The notes: a model not told the origin generated them from the sequence alone. Numbered from the stretch's first letter, positions 36,841 through 46,330 are shown. The stretch: 54,089 nucleotides of DNA from Candidatus Hydrogenedentota bacterium (GCA_045863295.1 BTWA01000019.1:36089-90177); one strand, 5' to 3'. Program-made: numbers and translations.

Positions 36841-38364
36841 TCATTTCACTGGACTTGGAGGATCTTCCACGGGCAAAGAAAAGATATGGCGGAAAATAGT
36901 GGGAAACAAATCCACGAGATTCACGTCGTGCTGGAGCAACGCCGCATCGACTCCTGGGAGATACAGCATAAACAACGAGTGCTTTAACCCTTCTGGATAT
37001 ACATTTTCCAGTTTTGGCCCGTGATCAGACACGATTGCGATAACCGGCGGTTGTGGAGACGTATTCAAAATGGCATCCACTGTCTGCTCTATATGAACGT
37101 TGAGGCCGCTTACTTGTTCCACGTACAGCCGCTTATACACCTCGTAGGACTCGGACGGGTCTGCGCCGGAGGAAAGGCTCAAAACTCCAGACGCGGGGCT
37201 TGGGCTTCCATCGGCGCGGAACACGAACGGCGCGTGCGGCGCCAGGATATGGGCGAATACGAACCAAGGGCTTTGAGGGCTTTCCAGGAGCGGATCGTTC
37301 AGATGTTCCATGGTATACAGTAATTGCCGCCGCCAATTATTGTGGCCAAAGTCGACTCCTGCGTAGCGGAACAGCCGCAGCGCCGGGCTGAAATCGAGCA
37401 ATTTAATTTCGAACAACGTGGGCTCCCACCACGGGTCTTGGTATCGGACAACATAATCGTAGTAGTCCAGAGGTTCGGTGAACCTGAATCCCGTGGAGAC
37501 AGCTGCCATGCGGTACCCCAGATGCCTGAACATGGCGTGCACCTTGCTGTAATGAAAGAGGCGGCCGACGTCCACGCCTCCATAGTCCGGGGCATCGGGG
37601 TCGTAGCCCAGGTTTTCCAGATAATCCATATTCAGACAGGCCGGAAGCGATTCGACCGTGTGGGTGTAGTTGACATGCGACTGTTCCGCAACAAAGAAGC
37701 CACGCGCTCGCATGCGGCTGAGAAAGGGCTCATTGTCGAACTGAAAGATTTTTTGCAGCACGTCCGCGCGCGCATAGGAATCCAACACGAGGAAGAACAC
37801 ATTCGGCCGGGACGGGATATCTGCCGGAATCGGCACCACGGGATCGGGAAAGTCCAGGCTTTGCGCAGGGGGAACTGCGCCCTCGTTTCTTGCGATACTT
37901 GCGGCAGCCTGCACTGCGGCCATCCCAATTAGAATGGCCGACACTGCATTCATGGCTCGGTTGATGGCTGGCAAGCGAGTACGCGATAGAAACGCGATTA
38001 CCCAGAAGACTCCAAGCACGGCAGCGTATCCCAAGGCGAGATAGCGAATCTTGACGTCGGCCCATTCGCCCATCGCATAAAGCGCATTCTTAACAAACGC
38101 CCCCCAACACACATAGCTGCCGACAATGGCGATGCTGGCGAGCAGAGCGCCTTTTTTCATGTCTTGAGCAATAGCGCCCATAATGCCCCAGACCAGTAGC
38201 GATATTAGAATCGATACGACCGCGGGCCGCAACAATTCGCTCACTGCCAGTTCCGCTCGATTGAGCGCGTACAGCGCCACGACCGGATAGAGCCCGAACA
38301 GAATCGGATGCCAAAGATAGAACCGCTTCCCTGCTGTTTTTATGTTTGCTTCCACCGGATCCAT
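36841..38364 (-). CDS. Membrane-anchored alkaline phosphatase/sulfatase-superfamily protein (LtaS-like)
   Basis: About 5 N-terminal TMs; PNVFFLVLDSY, YTHTVESL, HILAPHAPF, VSDHG. Confidence 0.78.
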   Translation of the reverse strand: MDPVEANIKTAGKRFYLWHPILFGLYPVVALYALNRAELAVSELLRPAVVSILISLLVWGIMGAIAQDMKKGALLASIAIVGSYVCWGAFVKNALYAMGEWADVKIRYLALGYAAVLGVFWVIAFLSRTRLPAINRAMNAVSAILIGMAAVQAAASIARNEGAVPPAQSLDFPDPVVPIPADIPSRPNVFFLVLDSYARADVLQKIFQFDNEPFLSRMRARGFFVAEQSHVNYTHTVESLPACLNMDYLENLGYDPDAPDYGGVDVGRLFHYSKVHAMFRHLGYRMAAVSTGFRFTEPLDYYDYVVRYQDPWWEPTLFEIKLLDFSPALRLFRYAGVDFGHNNWRRQLLYTMEHLNDPLLESPQSPWFVFAHILAPHAPFVFRADGSPSPASGVLSLSSGADPSESYEVYKRLYVEQVSGLNVHIEQTVDAILNTSPQPPVIAIVSDHGPKLENVYPEGLKHSLFMLYLPGVDAALLQHDVNLVDLFPTIFRHIFSLPVEDPPSPVK

Positions 38365-38384
38365 TCACTTTCCTGGCGTCGAGG

Positions 38385-39773
38385 CTATTGTGCCAGTCCA
38401 ACGATTTTGGACTGCATGCGGTACAGCACTCTTCCACTTTGCGGCAATTCCAACATGTCGTCTATGTCGAATTGAGATGTGAAAAAATGTTCAAACGCTT
38501 CTCGCGTGTAGTTCGTGAAGATATCCCGCCGTGAGACCAGAAGTCGCTGGCATTGTGGATCCTCTTTGGGGACCCACTCTACAAGCAGACAGCGTGCACA
38601 TCGCGCGAAGAAGACCGCAAGCCGGTCGAGTGGCACATTGTTTCCGATGGCGAGGTGGTGGAGCAGCGCAAGGGCGAGCGCGCAATCGGCGGGCCCCCTT
38701 TCGAGAAGAGACGCGCGTTCGGTGTGTGCCCAACCCAGGGAGGGCGTCGGATTGGAGAGGTCCATCGCCAGAGGCAGCACGCGATCATGGTTGGCCTCCC
38801 ACATGTGTTGGATGCACGAGGAATCGCCGTCCATTCCGATTACATAGGAACCCGCCGCCGCAGCCATGCGGCTGTATTCTCCCGTATTCGCGCCCAGGTC
38901 CCATGTCACGGCAGGTTTAACTTTGTCCAGCGTCGCTCGTACCCACGATCTTTTGGCGCACACGCCAGCCTCGGAATACGACTCGTTGCTGTCGTAATTC
39001 GTCCAGAGACCCTGCATTTGCTTGTATTGGAGGCCACGAACCGTGGACTTCAGACTGTCGACGAGCGCAATCAAGTTTCCCTTTTTCAGGCGTCCCGAAA
39101 CGGGTTCTGTAACCTCACGTTTCTTTTTATATGCTTGCTCGGCTTTTCCCAACATGTGCACGTGGACCGCAATACCGGAGCGTAGCCAGGATTGCCAAGG
39201 TAAGAGCGGCGACACACATTCCAGAAGCACGCCGTCAATATGGATGGACAACAGCCGGTTCAGCGAAGTGTTCCTGTAGCGCATGAGTGCCAGGGGTGCG
39301 AGAAAATGACGGCAGAACTGCCCATAGGCTACCCACGGTTCGTTTTCGCGGTATTGCTCGAAGGATAGCGTGTCGATAAAAACAGGCTTGCAGCCGTTGA
39401 ATTGCACGTTGAACGCGGATGCGTCCTTGAGCACGAAACCCTTTTCCAGCGCGCGCAACTGTATTTCCAGCGTCAGCAGGGCGGCCGATCGCAATTGGCC
39501 AAAGCACCATTCATACGGATACGAAATGAATGGAATGGGTTGTGGCTCCAGCACGGCCACGGCGTCGTCCGTGGCCCGCAAATCCAGAGGCACGGGACGG
39601 TGCGGAACCAGCAGCCCGTCAGCAATCAATTTGTCCCACAGGCCGCTCGCCTGAATGGCCTGGTACTCGTTTTCGTAGGGCCGGTTAATCTGCCGGAAGA
39701 TCTTTCCGGATACGTCACGGTATACGAACCCGCTGGGGTCGCGAAATGATGCCGGGTCCTTATGATCAGTCAT
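38385..39773 (-). CDS. NoeA-like SAM-dependent methyltransferase
   Basis: SFRDPSGFV, ISYPYEW, LKDASAFNVQF, QFCRHFLAPL; C-terminal WDLGANTG and ALALLHHL. Confidence 0.85.
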   Translation of the reverse strand: MTDHKDPASFRDPSGFVYRDVSGKIFRQINRPYENEYQAIQASGLWDKLIADGLLVPHRPVPLDLRATDDAVAVLEPQPIPFISYPYEWCFGQLRSAALLTLEIQLRALEKGFVLKDASAFNVQFNGCKPVFIDTLSFEQYRENEPWVAYGQFCRHFLAPLALMRYRNTSLNRLLSIHIDGVLLECVSPLLPWQSWLRSGIAVHVHMLGKAEQAYKKKREVTEPVSGRLKKGNLIALVDSLKSTVRGLQYKQMQGLWTNYDSNESYSEAGVCAKRSWVRATLDKVKPAVTWDLGANTGEYSRMAAAAGSYVIGMDGDSSCIQHMWEANHDRVLPLAMDLSNPTPSLGWAHTERASLLERGPADCALALALLHHLAIGNNVPLDRLAVFFARCARCLLVEWVPKEDPQCQRLLVSRRDIFTNYTREAFEHFFTSQFDIDDMLELPQSGRVLYRMQSKIVGLAQ

Positions 39774-40017
39774 CCGCGCCCGGCTCCTCGCGCGGATTCC
39801 GCACGAAGAATCGCTTTACCTTCCACCACAAGGACTTAAAATAGAAAAGCACGCCCAACGCGGTGGCCGCGACGATTTGAAACACGATCGCGGCCGTGCC
39901 GCCGTCCAAGTACGCGTGCGCATCGGAAGCTGAAAAGAGGCAGATCAACCCGACGGTGGCCAAAACGGGTATACTGGAGCGGAATCCCGGATTGCGTGGA
40001 TGAGATTTGTTTTGCAT
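39766..40017 (-). CDS. Small membrane protein (AHA-YLDGGT motif)
   Basis: Signal-peptide-like N-terminus, AHA cleavage-like site, YLDGGT...Q, one TM, basic/aromatic tail. Overlaps the methyltransferase start by 8 nt. Start could be 40032. Confidence 0.7.
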   Translation of the reverse strand: MQNKSHPRNPGFRSSIPVLATVGLICLFSASDAHAYLDGGTAAIVFQIVAATALGVLFYFKSLWWKVKRFFVRNPREEPGADD

Positions 40018-40095
40018 GAAACTGCCTGACATTAGTTGGTATGGATTCTAGCAAAGGCTCTGGTTGCCCGCAATAGCCATGGAGAGGACCTGGAT

Positions 40096-40776
40096 ATGAA
40101 AAACATGGTGAGCCGAACTGCACTGGCACTGCTGCTGGCCTTGCCGTGGGTTGCGCCCGCGCAAGAATTCGTTCCGTCCCAGCCGCCCGTCTCAACCGAT
40201 TCCGCACTGCCCGCGGAAGAGAAACCGGCAACAAGCCTGGACGGCATTGAGGAGCTGCTGGAGCGGTTCAGTGAAACGACATTGGATGCGATTGAGAAGG
40301 AAATGAATCTGAGGCTGAATCGCTATGAAGACGAGATGAAGGAACGAGATGCAACCGCGGCATCGCAGCCAAAAAGCGAAGATTCAGAACAATACATGCT
40401 TGTTTTCCAGATTCCGGGTGTCTCCGATGAGATTTCGATAGTCACGGCCGGAGGGGAGTACAAGCTTGAGACAAAGCGAAAAACCAAGAGCACGACGCCG
40501 GACGGGGTGTCCGAACAGACCGAGTACAGCCTGAAAGTGAGTGGTGAGGCGACGCCGGTTGCCGGATCCGAAGAGGTTCAACTAGCGTTCGAGGGTACAT
40601 GTGAAGTAACAACAACCTCCGTCGCGAACGGCGTTGAGGAGGAAGACTCCAAATTGCTTTCTTTCGACGGAGCGGCCCGAGTTACTCCGTCGGAAAAGCG
40701 GGAACTCGTACGTGAAGGAGAGACCTCCGTTACGGTCTTGGTAAGCCCAATTCCAGCGGAGTCAGCTCGTATTTGA
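40096..40776 (+). CDS. Secreted acidic hypothetical protein
   Basis: GGAGAGGA RBS before ATG 40096. Signal peptide ending in APA-Q. Confidence 0.7.
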   Translation: MKNMVSRTALALLLALPWVAPAQEFVPSQPPVSTDSALPAEEKPATSLDGIEELLERFSETTLDAIEKEMNLRLNRYEDEMKERDATAASQPKSEDSEQYMLVFQIPGVSDEISIVTAGGEYKLETKRKTKSTTPDGVSEQTEYSLKVSGEATPVAGSEEVQLAFEGTCEVTTTSVANGVEEEDSKLLSFDGAARVTPSEKRELVREGETSVTVLVSPIPAESARI

Positions 40777-40810
40777 CGTGTGGCGCGCCAGGCAGATTGA
40801 ACGGATGAGG

Positions 40811-41641
40811 CTAGGAATTCCTGTCCTGACTAATCAGCCAATCGATATTCACCGGATCTTGATACACGAAGTTCCAGATGAAGTGAGTGTACTCGGGGAA
40901 TTCGGTATAAAGGACATCTCCGCCGCCGTCCTGGATCGCCTGCACGAGGTCGCGGACCGGCTGTGGGGGCGCAACAAAATCCTGTGCGCCGTGAAATACC
41001 CAGATGGGAATGTCGAGGTAATCCGCCGGGTCAATCTGGCTGGAGATGCCGCTCGCGATGGGCATCAATGCGGCAAAGACGCCTGGCCGCTGAGCCGCAT
41101 AGAGCCAAACGTTTTCCGCGCCGAACGACAGCCCGGTGAGCGAAATGCGGTCTTCGTCGATAGTGTAGTTGGCCACAACGTCGGCAATAGCGGCATCCGC
41201 TACTTTGAACCACTCTTCGTGCGACCCTTCCCAGGGAAATTGTGGCATAACCACGATGCATTCAGAATAGACTTCGGGATGATTCCGTATTGAAGTCCCC
41301 ACGCCAACTGTCGTGTGCGCGTATCCGTCATACCCGGCCTCGCCACGGCCATGTAGGGACACAATGAGAGGCATTGCCTGTGAAGGGTCGTAGGTGGGGG
41401 GGACGTATACCACTGAACAGTATGACTTGCCGTCTACCACAACCTGTTTTCGGAAGAATCCGGGCTCAAATTCACCTTCTTCGCAAGCGCCGTGGGTGAA
41501 TACCCGAATTTGAGTAAGGAGAAACATGACAAACAGAGCGATCAGGCCAAACAAGGGGTATTGAGTCAATACGCTTTGCTGAGGGTCTTGTTTTGTGTTT
41601 TCGGTTCCATACGTTCCCGAAAGAAGGCGCAAAAAATCCAT
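40811..41641 (-). CDS. Alpha/beta-hydrolase (predicted esterase/peptidase)
   Basis: PLIVSLHGRGE, TGLSFG nucleophile elbow, PIWVFHGAQD, terminal His (YTH). Confidence 0.85.
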   Translation of the reverse strand: MDFLRLLSGTYGTENTKQDPQQSVLTQYPLFGLIALFVMFLLTQIRVFTHGACEEGEFEPGFFRKQVVVDGKSYCSVVYVPPTYDPSQAMPLIVSLHGRGEAGYDGYAHTTVGVGTSIRNHPEVYSECIVVMPQFPWEGSHEEWFKVADAAIADVVANYTIDEDRISLTGLSFGAENVWLYAAQRPGVFAALMPIASGISSQIDPADYLDIPIWVFHGAQDFVAPPQPVRDLVQAIQDGGGDVLYTEFPEYTHFIWNFVYQDPVNIDWLISQDRNS

Positions 41642-41805
41642 CAGTCACTCCCTGTGCTTTCGGCGCGTGGCTTTCTCGTCACCGCTTACAGTCTGTGAAC
41701 ACCCCAGTCATACCACCGCCGAGTTCACAATGGAGACCCGGCCCGTGAAGACTATACCCCAAATCCATGACCCATATTACGCGCGCGGCAGGGGGCCACG
41801 CCGAA

Positions 41806-42804
41806 TTACCCTTTCAGGCCGGTCAACGCAATACCTTGAATAAATGTCTTTTGCGTCAGGAAGAACAACACGATGATCGGTATCGTGATTACTGTGGACA
41901 TGGCCATGAGCGGTCCCCAGGCCGATTCATGCTGTGATTGAAATTGCTGAAGCGCAATGGCCAACGTGTATTGACGGTCGTCCTGCAAATAAATGAGCGG
42001 GTTTAAGAAGTCGCCCCATTGAAAGAGGAACATAAAGAGGGCCGTTGTGGCCAATGCCGGCTTGGACAACGGCAGCATGACGTGAGTGAATATGCCGAAC
42101 TCTGAACAGCCGTCAATTCGGGCCGCTGCGGACAAATCCTGCGGTACACCCATGAAGAACTGCCGCAAAAGAAAAATATAGAACGGCGTGCCGAAGAAGT
42201 AAGGAATTACCAAAGGCGCAAATGTGCCATTCCACCCGAGCGTCTTGTAGAGAACGAACAGAGGTATCAGCGTGACCTGGTAGGGGATCATCATGGTGGC
42301 CAGCACAACGACGAACACGAGGTCGCGGCCTTTCCAGGGAATTCGCGCGAACGAATACGCCACAAGCGTGCATGATATCAGCGTCCCAATAACCACAGTC
42401 ACACAGATGAACAATGTGTTCCGGAGGTTATTCCAGAACTCCATCATTTCGAATGCCTTGACGTAGTTGGCCCAGTGGAATCCCAGGACCTGCTGATAGG
42501 CCACGTCCTCCGGCCAGACTTCGAGCCGTTCGCCGCCAACGGCTATCACCACTTTTCCGTCGTCGGTCATGCCGTCCGGCAATTCAACGCCCTCTTTCCC
42601 GTCGTACACGACAACCTTTTGGCCTTCCGCATCGCGCTTGTCGGTCATGGGAAGCCATTGCGGCGCCTCACCCGGCTTGGAAAAGATCCGGTCCTCGTGC
42701 TTCAGGGATGTCGAGACCATCCACAGGAACGGCCCAATGAACGTGACCGAGGCCAGGATCAGCACCAACTGGGTCAGTATGGGTCTGCGGCGTTGTACCG
42801 ACAT
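41806..42804 (-). CDS. Carbohydrate ABC transporter permease
   Basis: PFLWMVSTSLK, LRQFF, AARIDG (EAA loop), QKTFIQGIALTGLKG. Confidence 0.93.
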   Translation of the reverse strand: MSVQRRRPILTQLVLILASVTFIGPFLWMVSTSLKHEDRIFSKPGEAPQWLPMTDKRDAEGQKVVVYDGKEGVELPDGMTDDGKVVIAVGGERLEVWPEDVAYQQVLGFHWANYVKAFEMMEFWNNLRNTLFICVTVVIGTLISCTLVAYSFARIPWKGRDLVFVVVLATMMIPYQVTLIPLFVLYKTLGWNGTFAPLVIPYFFGTPFYIFLLRQFFMGVPQDLSAAARIDGCSEFGIFTHVMLPLSKPALATTALFMFLFQWGDFLNPLIYLQDDRQYTLAIALQQFQSQHESAWGPLMAMSTVITIPIIVLFFLTQKTFIQGIALTGLKG

Positions 42805-42837
42805 GCCGAATTCCTTTCGTTTGCCATACGAGAGACG

Positions 42838-43728
42838 TTACTCGCCATGGTAATAGACCCATTTTCGCGATGAGATGAGCAATGCGATGGTGCAGCCGAG
42901 GATGAGTAGGAACAGGATCCAGGCCATGGACGAAGCATACCCCATGCGAAGGTAATAGAACGCATTGCGATACAAATACAGGCAATAGAACATGGTGCTG
43001 TCCACGGGGGTGCCGCGGCCCTGCGTCATGACATATGCCTGCGTGAAATACTGAAACGACGTAATCAACCCCATGACCGTATTGAAGAGGATTGTTGGGG
43101 TGACCATGGGTAGAGTCACATTTCGAAAACGCGACCAGGAGCCCGCGCCGTCGATTTCAGCCACCTCGTACAGCGATTGAGGCACGTCGCCCAGGCCGGC
43201 CAGAAAGATGACGATTGCGCTGCCGACGCTCCACAATCCCATGATAATCAGGGAGGGCTTCGACCAATTGGGGTCGGCCAGCCATCCAGGCCCCTGAAGG
43301 CCCAACTGGGCCAACGTTGAATTGATGAGTCCGCCTTCAGGATTCAACACCCAAAGCCAGAGCACGGACGATGCCACAATCGGCACGATGCTCGGCAAGA
43401 AGAAGATGGTCCGATAGACCGCCATGCCGCGGACCTTCTGATTCAGCAGCAATGCGATTCCCAGGCTGAACCCAATGCTGAGCGGCACGGAGAACGCTGT
43501 GTAGAAGAGCGTGTTGTACACGGCGTTCCAGAACCGCGAGTCTTCGAATGCGAGTTCGCGAAAGTTGTCCAGGCCAACCCAAACCGGTGGCCGGATTACA
43601 TTAAATCGGGTGAAGCTGTAGTACATGCTCATGATGACCGGATAGAGCATGAAGACGAGGAACCCGACAATGTACGGCGAGGCAAAAAGCAGGCCGTTAC
43701 GCAGATTGCGCCTTTCCATTCGTGTCAT
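42838..43728 (-). CDS. Carbohydrate ABC transporter permease
   Basis: VGLDNF, YRTIFFLPS, LYEVAEIDGA, MGYASSMAW. Confidence 0.93.
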   Translation of the reverse strand: MTRMERRNLRNGLLFASPYIVGFLVFMLYPVIMSMYYSFTRFNVIRPPVWVGLDNFRELAFEDSRFWNAVYNTLFYTAFSVPLSIGFSLGIALLLNQKVRGMAVYRTIFFLPSIVPIVASSVLWLWVLNPEGGLINSTLAQLGLQGPGWLADPNWSKPSLIIMGLWSVGSAIVIFLAGLGDVPQSLYEVAEIDGAGSWSRFRNVTLPMVTPTILFNTVMGLITSFQYFTQAYVMTQGRGTPVDSTMFYCLYLYRNAFYYLRMGYASSMAWILFLLILGCTIALLISSRKWVYYHGE

Positions 43729-45134
43729 GATGCGGTCCCCGCTGTCTCGTTTCGTCCCCAGATGTCTTCCTGGCGTTCAATTTCCGCATTGACCACCGCC
43801 TGCAATTCGTGGGTGGCCTGTTCGGGCGATATGGCGCGCGTAATGACCAATTCCCGGTAGCGGGCAATTTCGTCCAGGAAGAATTGAACTTCCGCGAACG
43901 GAGGAAATGAGATGACCTCTTTGGTCATGAGTTCGTTGATAAACACATTGAATTTTGGATTCGATACAAACCGGTTTTCGAGCGCTTCGGCTTTGCGCGT
44001 GGGAATGTTGTGAATCGCCTCGCAATAGTCGGCGGCCGGCGTGGTGTTGTTCGAGCCGCGGGGAGTATGAAACCAGCGAAGAAACGCGAATGCTGCTTCA
44101 GGATTGCGGCATCCCTTGGGAACCACGTCCACGTGCGCGGAAGGCGAATAGGCGCGCGGCTGGACGCCGTCGGGCTGCGGCAATGCGGCCACGCCCCAAT
44201 CAAGCGTTGGCGCGAATTTGTCTATGAAGGTGCATTGCCACTCGCCCTCTGTAATCATGGCGACTTTGCCCGTATAGAAAGGATTCGTAGCGCTTGCATA
44301 CCCGCCGCCCATTTGCGCGAACATCATGAAGCGAGTGGGATCGACCGCGTGTGGCTGTTGTTGACTGGCGTTGGGTACGAGGGTGTAGTCACGTTGCCAC
44401 TCCAGCATGCGAATGATGTTGGGATCGCCGGCGCAACTGACGCGGCCTGTCTCCCGATCGAACCACTTTCCGCCGAAAAGTTCGCCCCACATGAAAGTCA
44501 GGTCCCACGGAAGCCAAGGCAGGAAGCCCACCTGATCAATGTTGTTTCCCACACGCGTGGTCAACTTGCCTGCAAACGCAACCAGTTCATCGGTATTCAT
44601 CGGCGGACGATTGGGATCCAGTCCCGCGTGACGAAACGCCGCTTTGCTCCACAAGAGGCAATACACATCCATGGTGGCCGGCATACCCCACATGCCGCCG
44701 CCGAAGTTGACGAGATCCCATACGTGGGGAAAAAACGCATCCTTTTGCATATTGGGGTGAGAAGCGGCCAATTCAGACAAGTCCGTCAGGCAACCCTGGG
44801 AAGCCATTTGGGCCATGATGGTAGTGTCCAGGCTGCAAATATCGGGCGGGGCGCCCCCGCTGATAGAGGTGAGGAGCTTTTCCATGCTCACGTAATAGCC
44901 AATTGGAACCGACCGGACGTAGTATTGGTCCTGGCTCTGGTTAAATTCGTCGAACAGGAGATTGCGCATTTCATGTTCGTGGCCGGAGTGCCGGTCCCAA
45001 TACATAATGATGGTCCGGCCCTCGTCGAGGGCCTTCTTTTCTTCCGGGGATCCGGCCGCGGAGGGCCATAGGGCGACGATGGTGACCAGGCATACGCCTG
45101 CGGCTAATGCCCACGCGAGGTACGTCTTGAACAC
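43725..45134 (-). CDS. Carbohydrate ABC transporter substrate-binding protein
   Basis: N-terminal anchor; GGAPPDI, FRHAGLDP, FYTGKVAM..GEW. AAGGAG RBS; lies upstream of two permeases. Confidence 0.9.
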   Translation of the reverse strand: MFKTYLAWALAAGVCLVTIVALWPSAAGSPEEKKALDEGRTIIMYWDRHSGHEHEMRNLLFDEFNQSQDQYYVRSVPIGYYVSMEKLLTSISGGAPPDICSLDTTIMAQMASQGCLTDLSELAASHPNMQKDAFFPHVWDLVNFGGGMWGMPATMDVYCLLWSKAAFRHAGLDPNRPPMNTDELVAFAGKLTTRVGNNIDQVGFLPWLPWDLTFMWGELFGGKWFDRETGRVSCAGDPNIIRMLEWQRDYTLVPNASQQQPHAVDPTRFMMFAQMGGGYASATNPFYTGKVAMITEGEWQCTFIDKFAPTLDWGVAALPQPDGVQPRAYSPSAHVDVVPKGCRNPEAAFAFLRWFHTPRGSNNTTPAADYCEAIHNIPTRKAEALENRFVSNPKFNVFINELMTKEVISFPPFAEVQFFLDEIARYRELVITRAISPEQATHELQAVVNAEIERQEDIWGRNETAGTAS

Positions 45135-45440
45135 GCGGCATCTCCTTTACAGTGGGAACCTTGCGCGACCAGTGGGGTGCCCCGATTGTGCATAATCCGG
45201 TGCAGCCGGTGGGTCCGGAGGCCCGGGTTTGGCTCTGGCATTCGGGTGGTTTACCGGTCGCCGATACCATTCGAGGCCAGCGGATTATGCAGAAAGAGCC
45301 GCGAGAATGTCTAGGGGAGGGTTGCGCGTGCCGTAACGACGGACTCCATGTGGTGTAATGTGTGACGAGTGACGGGAAGGCTCAGGCCGCGGTTAAGAGG
45401 TGTTACCCCCGATATCGCAGGGGGATAGGTTAGAAACTTC

Positions 45441-45469
45441 TTGAAATCGCGGGGTGCCTGTGCTAGACT
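45441..45469 (+). promoter_or_regulatory. Putative sigma70 promoter
   Basis: TTGAAA (45441-45446), 17 bp, TAGACT (45464-45469), with an extended TG. Confidence 0.5.
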
Positions 45470-45545
45470 GGCACAACGTTGGTAACTCGTGGAAGACCAG
45501 CGATTTCGTGGGGTTGCAGGGTGCAGTTTTATCAGGCACTATCTC

Positions 45546-45624
45546 CCTATCGGCCGAAACTCCAGTAATTGGGGAAATACGGCTCGAAATTGGCTGACCC
45601 CCATGGTTAGTGAGTTCCGATAGG
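45546..45624 (+). ncRNA. Candidate structured RNA (three-way junction), family unknown
   Basis: CCTATCGG/CCGATAGG closing helix encloses two hairpin arms. Folded by eye only. Confidence 0.3.
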
Positions 45625-45796
45625 AATGATACAATCAGAGGGATACCATCCACGGTCAAGACGGCGTATTCGGATGGACGACGATGCCGGTGCAGGATGC
45701 ATCCGGGAGCCAATGTTGAGTTGGACATCAGCGGTCATCTGTGGTATGAATAGGGTAACAATGTCGCTATTGGGACTTTGAAAGGAGGAACAAAAC

Positions 45797-46222
45797 ATGT
45801 TTCGAGGGGTTCGTCGATTTGGACTCGCGGGAATGCTGGTGGCGGTGGCCTTGCCTTTGTTGGCTTTCCAATGCCCGTTCCTGGTCTTCAAGATTTGCTT
45901 GAAGAACAACACAAACTATGACTTGATCAGCTTCTTCATTTCGCCGACGTCGGCAGCCAGCTGGGGCGATAATCAAATCGCTTCCAAGGTGGGTGCGGGC
46001 TCGACCGGCCAGATCGAAGGCGTGAGCCAAGGCACGTACGATTTCCAGGCCAACTTTGATGACAAAGATAACGTGAACACGAACGATCAGATCGTGATCA
46101 GCAACCAGACGGTTGACACCACGAATCTGTGCATCACCTTCATCTCCAATGCTGCAGGCGCCGGCCATACCTATATCACCTATACGGTCAACCGCGTCCT
46201 TAAGCTTGAAGACGCAGTCTGA
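45797..46222 (+). CDS. Small secreted or lipoprotein-like beta-rich hypothetical protein
   Basis: Strong RBS AAAGGAGG; signal peptide ending near FQC; NNTNYDL...ISP...SWG...GTYD pattern. Confidence 0.8.
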   Translation: MFRGVRRFGLAGMLVAVALPLLAFQCPFLVFKICLKNNTNYDLISFFISPTSAASWGDNQIASKVGAGSTGQIEGVSQGTYDFQANFDDKDNVNTNDQIVISNQTVDTTNLCITFISNAAGAGHTYITYTVNRVLKLEDAV

Positions 46223-46330
46223 TTCACAGAGGTCAGTTTGACGGCTGTACCTTTGCATAGCGGAAAGGTCCACCCAATTAGCGAACTCGAATTGGCGCTG
46301 ACGCCGTAATTCAAAACAGTTCGAGACCAC

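Noticed and set aside
45443..45507. 8-bp inverted repeat GAAATCGC/GCGATTTC as an invertible promoter
   Set aside because: Too short to distinguish from chance, and no recombinase nearby.
46237..46310. Hammerhead ribozyme
   Set aside because: CUGANGA and GAAA core elements are not present in the required order.
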